A stretch of DNA of 16,704 nt from an uncultured Bacilli bacterium (GTDB lineage Bacteria; Bacillota_I; Bacilli_A; RF39; UBA660): NCBI GenBank assembly GCA_944358325.1, contig CALVQV010000020.1, positions 1-16,704 of the forward strand, given 5' to 3'. The position numbers and the translations under genes were made by a program. The stretch's first letter is position 1, and each line of letters begins with the position of its first letter. Of this stretch, positions 1 through 4,857 are shown in pieces. Below the pieces are notes generated by a model. The model ran no database searches and was not told the origin of the DNA. It saw nothing but the letters and a program-made list of their open reading frames with translations.

Positions 1-61
1 TATGATATAATTGTTATAGAATAATTAAAATATAGAATATGATAAAATGAATTTACACAGT

Positions 62-110
62 TAAATTTACAGGGTCACACAGTAAATTTACAGGGTCTTA
101 CAGGGTCTTA
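62..110 (+). repeat. Direct-repeat array in the target-gene promoter. The 15-mer TAAATTTACAGGGTC occurs twice (62-76, 83-97; 21-bp period) and the 10-mer CAGGGTCTTA occurs twice in tandem (91-100, 101-110). Core unit is TTACAGGGTC.
   Basis: Exact repeats read directly from the sequence. A degenerate copy, AATTTACACAG, lies at 50-60. The array overlaps the predicted -35 and spacer. Confidence 0.8.
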
Positions 111-116
111 TATAAT
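87..116 (+). promoter_or_regulatory. Putative sigma-A-type promoter of the DGR target gene
   Basis: -35 TTTACA (87-92), 18-bp spacer, perfect -10 TATAAT (111-116). RBS AGGAG at 128-132 lies 7 nt before the ATG at 140. Confidence 0.45.
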
Positions 117-139
117 TTAGATAGAATAGGAGAGAAAAA

Positions 140-1819
140 ATGAAAGAAAAAGGATTCACGCTTATAGAATTACTAGCAGTCATCGTTATATTAGCAGTAA
201 TAGCTTTAATCGCAACACCACTAATTATGGGCGTTATTGATGAAGCCAAAGACGGAGCTAATAAAAGAAGTGTCCAAAGTATAAGAGATGGAGCAGAAAC
301 ATTTTTATTATCTAAAAAAACTTTAGATAGTAATTATACTTTCAATATGAATGATTATCAATTCAAAGGAAATCAATTTGGTAAAGGAACATCTGATGAA
401 AGAATTAATATTGTTTTTAATGATAAAGATGAAGCCAGTGTCGCAGTATATGAAAATAATAAATGTTATTATATCTTAGCAGGATCAAATGAAGTAAAAA
501 GTGAAACAGGCTTAGATAAACAACAATGTTTAGAAAAAGCAGGAGCAACTGAAATAGTAGAAGGAAATCCTCTACTACCACAAATAGAAGCTAACTTATG
601 TACAAGTGAAAAAACAACCGAATGTTATAAAACAGAAGGTAATGAATATATCTATACAGGAGCATATGGAACAGGTGGAGTAAACTGGTTATGGTATGGA
701 GGGCATCAATGGCGTATTATCAAAGTAGATAAAACAACTGGAAGATATACTTTAATTACATCATATCCTGCAACAGCAATTCAATGGCAAAGTAGTATAG
801 CAAATGGGCCATCATTAGAAGAGTCATATGTAGGAAATTGGTTAAATAATGTGTTTGTTGCATCATTACCAACTAATGTTCAATCAAAATTAGAAAATAT
901 GACATATACAAGAAAAGTATATGATGGAAGTAGTGTTGTAGAAGAAGAAATAAGTAATGTTAAAGTTAGACTTCTAACAGAAAATGAATATACAACTTAT
1001 GGCGGAGCAGATAGTTATTTAGATATAAAGGATTGGTGGTGGCTAGCAGATATATATACTTCGTCTCGCGTCCGTAGTGTGAACGACGGCGGCAATTTGA
1101 GCAGCGACAGGCCGTCGAGCGCGAATGGTGTGCGCGCCATTGTGGAAATATCTGATATCACCATCACAGAAGGTGATGGTACTCTTAGCGCGCCATATAT
1201 TGGAAACACAAGTAAAGCTACAAACTTATCAGATATTGCAGTCGGAGAATATATAAGTATTCCTAAAAGTGATGGTGGAACTTATTTAGCCCGTGTTGTT
1301 AAACGTGATCAAAATGGTACAAAAGTTATTCTAAATGGTTTATATAATACAAGTGCTTTTGGAAGTAATGCAACATTTTCAACAAGTAGTACAATTTATA
1401 CAGGAGCTTTAATAGGATTTAAAAATAGTTTAGATAGTAATTATTTTGATGGTACTAATCGTAATTTCAATATGACAACGTATGGAGATGGAGCAAATTA
1501 TGCAGATACAACAACTATGTTTACTGGCAATATCGGACTACCTAGCGTAGGGGAGATGTTTAGTGGAAATGATATAGATGTAACAACTAGTTCTAAAACA
1601 TTTGTAGATACAAGTAAAATATTAAATCCGACATTAAGTTCTTATTATTGGTTAATGAATGCCTATAGTTCGTCTAGCGTCCGTAATGTGAACAACTACG
1701 GCTACTTGAACAACAGCAGTCCGTCGTACACGGGTGGTGTGCGCGCCACTTGGTATATCTCTGATATCACCATTACCGGAGGTAATGGTACTCCTAGCGC
1801 CCCATATACCTTAAAATAG
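140..1819 (+). CDS. DGR target (variable) protein with a type IV pilin-like N-terminus and two tandem VR-bearing ligand-binding-type modules
   Basis: 559-aa ORF. The N-terminus MKEKG/FTLIELLAVIVILAVIALIA matches the prepilin cleavage/methylation motif (Gly-1, Phe+1, Glu+5, hydrophobic helix). Two paralogous modules (about aa 165-355 and 365-559) both end in WW(L)..SS.VR.VN..G.L....PS...GVRA...ISDITIT.G.GT.SAPY. VR1 covers aa 308-334 and VR2 covers aa 511-537. Confidence 0.9.
   Translation: MKEKGFTLIELLAVIVILAVIALIATPLIMGVIDEAKDGANKRSVQSIRDGAETFLLSKKTLDSNYTFNMNDYQFKGNQFGKGTSDERINIVFNDKDEASVAVYENNKCYYILAGSNEVKSETGLDKQQCLEKAGATEIVEGNPLLPQIEANLCTSEKTTECYKTEGNEYIYTGAYGTGGVNWLWYGGHQWRIIKVDKTTGRYTLITSYPATAIQWQSSIANGPSLEESYVGNWLNNVFVASLPTNVQSKLENMTYTRKVYDGSSVVEEEISNVKVRLLTENEYTTYGGADSYLDIKDWWWLADIYTSSRVRSVNDGGNLSSDRPSSANGVRAIVEISDITITEGDGTLSAPYIGNTSKATNLSDIAVGEYISIPKSDGGTYLARVVKRDQNGTKVILNGLYNTSAFGSNATFSTSSTIYTGALIGFKNSLDSNYFDGTNRNFNMTTYGDGANYADTTTMFTGNIGLPSVGEMFSGNDIDVTTSSKTFVDTSKILNPTLSSYYWLMNAYSSSSVRNVNNYGYLNNSSPSYTGGVRATWYISDITITGGNGTPSAPYTLK
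1062..1139 (+). repeat. DGR variable repeat 1 (VR1)
   Basis: 78-nt ungapped alignment to TR 1851-1928 with 13 mismatches. Eleven are at TR adenines (10 A->G, 1 A->C). Two are at non-adenines (TR c1885 vs t1096; TR t1900 vs g1111). It forms a GC-rich island in an AT-rich gene. Confidence 0.85.
1160..1180 (+). promoter_or_regulatory. Hairpin 20 nt downstream of VR1, a candidate DGR target-recognition (IMH-associated) stem-loop
   Basis: ACCATCAC (1160-1167) pairs with GTGATGGT (1173-1180) as an 8-bp perfect stem with loop AGAAG. The position is equivalent to the hairpin after VR2. Confidence 0.6.
1671..1748 (+). repeat. DGR variable repeat 2 (VR2)
   Basis: 78-nt ungapped alignment to TR, offset exactly 180 nt. 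There are 7 mismatches, all at TR adenines (TR 1857, 1877, 1883, 1896, 1907, 1913, 1914; 4 A->G, 3 A->T). Confidence 0.92.
1769..1789 (+). promoter_or_regulatory. Hairpin 20 nt downstream of VR2, a candidate DGR target-recognition stem-loop
   Basis: ACCATTACC (1769-1777) pairs with GGTAATGGT (1781-1789) as a 9-bp stem with loop GGA. Relative to the VR1 hairpin, a C:G pair is replaced by T:A through compensatory changes on both arms. Confidence 0.6.
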
Positions 1820-1850
1820 AGTAAGTATTGTAGGTGTAAGAACAAAAAAG

Positions 1851-1928
1851 CGTCTAACGTCCGTAATGTGAACAACAACGGCAACTTGAACAACAACAGT
1901 CCGTCGAACACGAATGGTGTGCGCGCCA
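1851..1928 (+). repeat. DGR template repeat (TR)
   Basis: Non-coding copy of the VRs, 31 nt after the target stop codon. It has 25 adenines in 78 nt, mostly as AAC/AAT codons in the VR reading frame (S N V R N V N N N G N L N N N S P S N T N G V R A). It ends in the GC-rich GGTGTGCGCGCC shared with both VRs. The 5' edge could extend to about 1841. Confidence 0.9.
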
Positions 1929-2101
1929 GAGCTCCTTGAAACTTAGAGTATATGAGTATTTTGTATATGTGAAGCCATGGAACAGTTCTTATTCCTGGGA
2001 ATATCCTAAAATTACATAAGTTTAATTAAGTTTTGGTAAGTGATGAAGAAGATTAATTAGTAATTCTTATGGGAAAACAGAAGAAATTTTTTCTTCTGTT
2101 T
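1851..2101 (+). ncRNA. Putative DGR RNA (TR plus a downstream spacer of about 145 nt), possibly the 3' UTR of the target mRNA
   Basis: No terminator lies between the target stop (1819) and the TR. The first intrinsic terminator is at 2075-2109. No credible ORF lies in 1929-2074. The 5' end of the RNA cannot be determined from sequence. Confidence 0.4.
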
Positions 2102-2109
2102 TTTAATTT
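2075..2109 (+). terminator. Rho-independent terminator after the TR and spacer
   Basis: AAACAGAAGAAA (2075-2086) pairs with TTTCTTCTGTTT (2090-2101). The core CAGAAGAA/TTCTTCTG stem is followed by a T-rich tract TTTTTAATTTT. Confidence 0.75.
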
Positions 2110-2156
2110 TTAGTATTTTTTTATGATAATTATGATGTTTTATGTTGACATTTTGC

Positions 2157-2183
2157 TTGACACGTGTGTGTGTGTGTTATTAT
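2157..2183 (+). promoter_or_regulatory. Putative promoter of the msl-avd-RT operon
   Basis: Perfect -35 TTGACA (2157-2162) and TG-extended -10 TGtTATTAT (2175-2183). The spacer is 15 bp and consists almost entirely of (GT)7. A second TTGACA lies at 2145-2150. Confidence 0.45.
2164..2177. repeat. (GT)7 dinucleotide microsatellite
   Basis: GTGTGTGTGTGTGT read directly from the sequence. It lies between the -35 and -10 elements upstream of msl. Confidence 0.95.
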
Positions 2184-2198
2184 TTGTTTGGTGATTAT

Positions 2199-2600
2199 AT
2201 GTTATATAAGGTATGGGAATGTTTGAAAGTAAGACATAGTTTTTTTGTTATTTTTATGAAGTATGGTAATTTTTATAAGGTTTATGGTGATGATGTTTTT
2301 ATTGTGTGGAAGATTACGGGGTATCGTGTTATTAATGGTGATCATATTGGTTTTCCTCTTAAGTCTTTAAATGTTGTTTTAAAAAGGTTAGAACTTTTAC
2401 ATGTTAGTTATATTGTTTATGATGGATGTGATGATTATTTGATGGTTGATGATGTTAATAATTGTTACATTAATGTTTTAAGTGAGTTTAAAGATTTATA
2501 TTTAAATGAAGATAGAATTAAAAAGATTGTGGAAAAGTTTGAATTTAAGGTTAGAGAGGATAAGGAAATGCTAGATTATTATGAAGAGTTATGGAAGTGA
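2199..2600 (+). CDS. MutS mismatch-binding domain I-like small protein (MSL-type DGR accessory protein)
   Basis: The ORF track gives 2142..2600. I prefer the ATG at 2199 (RBS GGTGA 2190-2194) because the upstream 19 codons overlap the promoter and GT tract. [33 protein letters not shown] aligns with the E. coli MutS N-terminus [59 protein letters not shown] aligns with [28 protein letters not shown]. The ORF overlaps avd by 20 nt. Confidence 0.7.
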   Translation: [133 protein letters not shown]

Positions 2601-2937
2601 TTTTGTTGTTATTAGGGAGTTTAAGAGTTTTATTTGTGTTGTTGAGGGTGAGTTTGATAATTGTCCTAAAAAGTGTTTATATTTAAAAGATAGTTTATTT
2701 GATATGTGTTATATGGTTTTAGAGGATATTTATGTGTGTAATATGGGGAATAATCGTTTGGTTTATATTAATCGTGTTATTGCTAGGTTAAGGATTATTG
2801 ATTTTATGCTTAAAAGATGTGTAGATATGGGGATTATTAGTTATAAACGTTTTTTATTTTTAGGAAATAAGTTAAATAGTGTAGTGAGAATGTGTTATGG
2901 GTGGTTAAAAAGTGAAAAGAGTAAACTTGAGGTATGA
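2581..2937 (+). CDS. avd: Avd-like accessory variability determinant (four-helix-bundle, 23S rRNA-IVS protein family)
   Basis: 118 aa, located directly upstream of the DGR RT and overlapping it by 26 nt. The helical pattern with a ..F..CPKK.. segment after helix 1 and a C-terminal MCYGWLKS matches the typical Avd layout (fPk.ek ... ml.gw.ks). The call rests on size, position and motifs only. Confidence 0.7.
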   Translation: MKSYGSDFVVIREFKSFICVVEGEFDNCPKKCLYLKDSLFDMCYMVLEDIYVCNMGNNRLVYINRVIARLRIIDFMLKRCVDMGIISYKRFLFLGNKLNSVVRMCYGWLKSEKSKLEV

Positions 2938-3883
2938 TGATGTTTTAAGTTATGAGAATCTTGAATTTATTTATTATATGCTTAGAAAAGGTGTTAAAAA
3001 TAAAGAAAAGTTAGATAAATTTGATTTATATTATAGTTCTAATATAAGTCATATTTATAGTTTGTTAAAAGAAAGAAGATATGAAGTTGGTTCTTATCAT
3101 CTTTTTTATATTTATGAACCAAAGAAAAGGCTTATTATGAGTCAGGGGATTGGTGATAAGATTGTTAATCATTTTGTTGCTTATTTCTATTTAATTCCTC
3201 TTCTTGACCCCTGTTTAATTAATAGTAATGTGGCAGTTAGGAAGAATATGGGAACTAGTTATGGTATTAAGTTATTAAAGAAATATTTTAGTAGTTTTAA
3301 AGGTGATTTTTATATTTTGAAGTGTGATATTAAGGGGTATTTTTATAATATTAATCATGATATTTTAAAAGTGTTGGTTGCAAGAAAGATTAAAGATAAA
3401 GATATTCTTAATTTAGTGTTTAAGATTATAGATAGTGTTGATAGTTATGGTATTGGAGGACTACCTATTGGTAATATGACTAGTCAGATTTTAGGTATAT
3501 ATTATTTAAATGGTTTAGACCACTATATTAAAGAAGTTTTAGGTATTAGGTGTTATATTAGGTATATGGATGATTTTATTCTTCTAGCTCGTGATAAATG
3601 TTATTTGAAAGAGTGTTTAAATAAGATTAAAGCGTATATTAGTGGATTAGGTTTAGAATTAAATTCTAAGACAATGATTAGTAGTAGTAAAAGTGGTGTT
3701 AATTTTTTGGGTTATCATTTTAGTTATGATAAGCATGTAGTTATTAAACCACATAATTATAATAAAAGAAAAATTAAACGAAAAATGAGGTTATATAAAG
3801 AAGGAAAGATAAGTTATAATAGGATTATTTGTTATAAAGGTTATTTTAGTTATTGTTCCCAAAGTAAGACATTTATAGTATAA
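2912..3883 (+). CDS. DGR-type reverse transcriptase
   Basis: 323 aa with a GTG start at 2912 and RBS GGTGG at 2900-2904. RT motifs present: EPKKRLIM, GDKIVNHF, YILKCDIKGYFYNI, LPIGNMTSQ (the DGR-specific IGxxxSQ signature), and RYMDDFILLA (YMDD catalytic box). No maturase, endonuclease or integrase extension. Confidence 0.92.
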   Translation: MKRVNLRYDDVLSYENLEFIYYMLRKGVKNKEKLDKFDLYYSSNISHIYSLLKERRYEVGSYHLFYIYEPKKRLIMSQGIGDKIVNHFVAYFYLIPLLDPCLINSNVAVRKNMGTSYGIKLLKKYFSSFKGDFYILKCDIKGYFYNINHDILKVLVARKIKDKDILNLVFKIIDSVDSYGIGGLPIGNMTSQILGIYYLNGLDHYIKEVLGIRCYIRYMDDFILLARDKCYLKECLNKIKAYISGLGLELNSKTMISSSKSGVNFLGYHFSYDKHVVIKPHNYNKRKIKRKMRLYKEGKISYNRIICYKGYFSYCSQSKTFIV

Positions 3884-3899
3884 TATTAGTGGTGATATT

Positions 3900-4844
3900 A
3901 TGAAAAAAAGAGTGGTTGTTTTAGGTGGTGGGACAGGAATGTCTACTTTATTACGTGGCTTAAAACAATTTCCTATTGATATAACAGCTGTTGTTAGTGT
4001 TTGTGATGATGGAAGAAGTACTGGAAGGTTAAGAGAGGAATTTAATATTCCAGCTGTTGGCGATATTCGTCAAGTTTTAGTAGCACTATCAGAAGTAGAA
4101 CCATTAGTAGAAAATCTTTTAAATTATCGTTTTAAGACGACTAGTGATTTAAATGGTCATACGGTTGGTAATTTACTTTTAACAGCTTTAAAAAATATTA
4201 ATGGAACGATGTCTGATGGGATTGAGTCTTTAGGTAAGATTCTTAATTTAAAAGGTAAAGTTTTACCATTAACAGAGGATAATGTTACTTTAGTAGGTTT
4301 AATGGAAGATGGTAGTAAAATAGAAGGTGAACACAATATTACAGAATCAGATTTAAGAGTTATGGAAGTTAGTTATAAAGATGCACCTATTGTTAATAAA
4401 GAGGTTATTAAAGAAATAAAGCGTGCGGATTTAATTATTTTAAGTATGGGTAGTTTATATACAAGTATTATGCCTAATTTAGTAGTTCCTGAAGTTGTTG
4501 AAGCGATTGAAAATAGTAAGGCTAAAATTATGTATGTTTGTAATATGATGACTCAACCAGGTGAAACTGATGAATATCGTGTTAGTGATCATATTAAAGC
4601 TTTAAATAAGCATTTAGGTAAACGTAGTATTGATATTGTTTTAGTTAATGATGGTGAAATACATCCAGAATTAATTAAAAGATATGCAACTTTAGAACAA
4701 AAAGATCCTGTTTTTTATGATATTGAAGAAGTTAATAAATTAGGAGTTAGAGTTATTGAAGATGATTTTGTTATTTTAGATAGAGAAATGATTCGTCATA
4801 ATTCAATGAAATTAGCTTTTCATATTTTTTCAAATTTAATGTAG
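3900..4844 (+). CDS. yvcK: Gluconeogenesis factor YvcK/GlmR family protein (UPF0052, CofD-like)
   Basis: N-terminal VVVLGGGTGMSTLLRGLK motif. 314 aa. Lies immediately upstream of whiA, as in other Firmicutes. Confidence 0.9.
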   Translation: MKKRVVVLGGGTGMSTLLRGLKQFPIDITAVVSVCDDGRSTGRLREEFNIPAVGDIRQVLVALSEVEPLVENLLNYRFKTTSDLNGHTVGNLLLTALKNINGTMSDGIESLGKILNLKGKVLPLTEDNVTLVGLMEDGSKIEGEHNITESDLRVMEVSYKDAPIVNKEVIKEIKRADLIILSMGSLYTSIMPNLVVPEVVEAIENSKAKIMYVCNMMTQPGETDEYRVSDHIKALNKHLGKRSIDIVLVNDGEIHPELIKRYATLEQKDPVFYDIEEVNKLGVRVIEDDFVILDREMIRHNSMKLAFHIFSNLM

Positions 4845-4857
4845 AATGAGGTGATTT

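Larger units (their letters stand above)
140..3883 (+). mobile_element. Diversity-generating retroelement (DGR) cassette: target gene with VR1 and VR2, TR, spacer and terminator, then msl-avd-RT
   Basis: TR/VR triplet with adenine-restricted mismatches. AAC-rich TR. Avd-like and DGR-type RT ORFs lie immediately downstream on the same strand. Confidence 0.9.

Noticed and set aside
1015-1209. 64-aa antisense ORF across VR1
   Set aside because: It lies entirely inside the well-supported target gene on the opposite strand. It is open only because the GC-rich VR lacks stop codons. It has no RBS and no recognisable protein features.
1841-1850. Possible 5' extension of the TR (AACAAAAAAG vs VR2 GCCTATAGTT, where 6 of the 7 mismatches fall on TR adenines)
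   Set aside because: The segment is nearly all A in the TR, so adenine-only mismatches are expected by chance. The alignment to VR1 includes a non-adenine mismatch, and both VRs disagree with the TR g1850. The TR boundary is kept at 1851, with the extension noted as possible.
1702-1911. 69-aa antisense ORF spanning VR2 to the TR
   Set aside because: Same artefact as the VR1 antisense ORF. Its two halves are reverse complements of the VR2 and TR repeats (note the repeated ..LLLFKLP..FTLRT.. translation). It is not a gene.
1062-1928. Could the three GC-rich repeats be IS/transposon ends, a CRISPR-like array or a simple gene-internal duplication?
   Set aside because: The repeats are direct rather than inverted. 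Two are in frame inside one ORF and one is non-coding. There are only three copies with irregular spacing and no cas genes. The mismatches are adenine-specific. All of this fits DGR TR/VR rather than the other classes.
2142-2198. N-terminal 19 codons of the ORF-track call 2142..2600 (MLTFCLTRVCVCYYLFGDY)
   Set aside because: This segment overlaps the TTGACA boxes and the (GT)7 tract, has no RBS, and has no counterpart in the MutS domain I alignment. The alignment begins at the Met encoded at 2199, which has a GGTGA RBS.
2912-3883. RT as a group II intron or retron RT
   Set aside because: No maturase (X) or En domain and no intron RNA domains flank it. No msr/msd-type inverted repeats lie upstream. 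The IGNxxSQ motif, the adjacent Avd-like ORF and the TR/VR pair point to a DGR RT.
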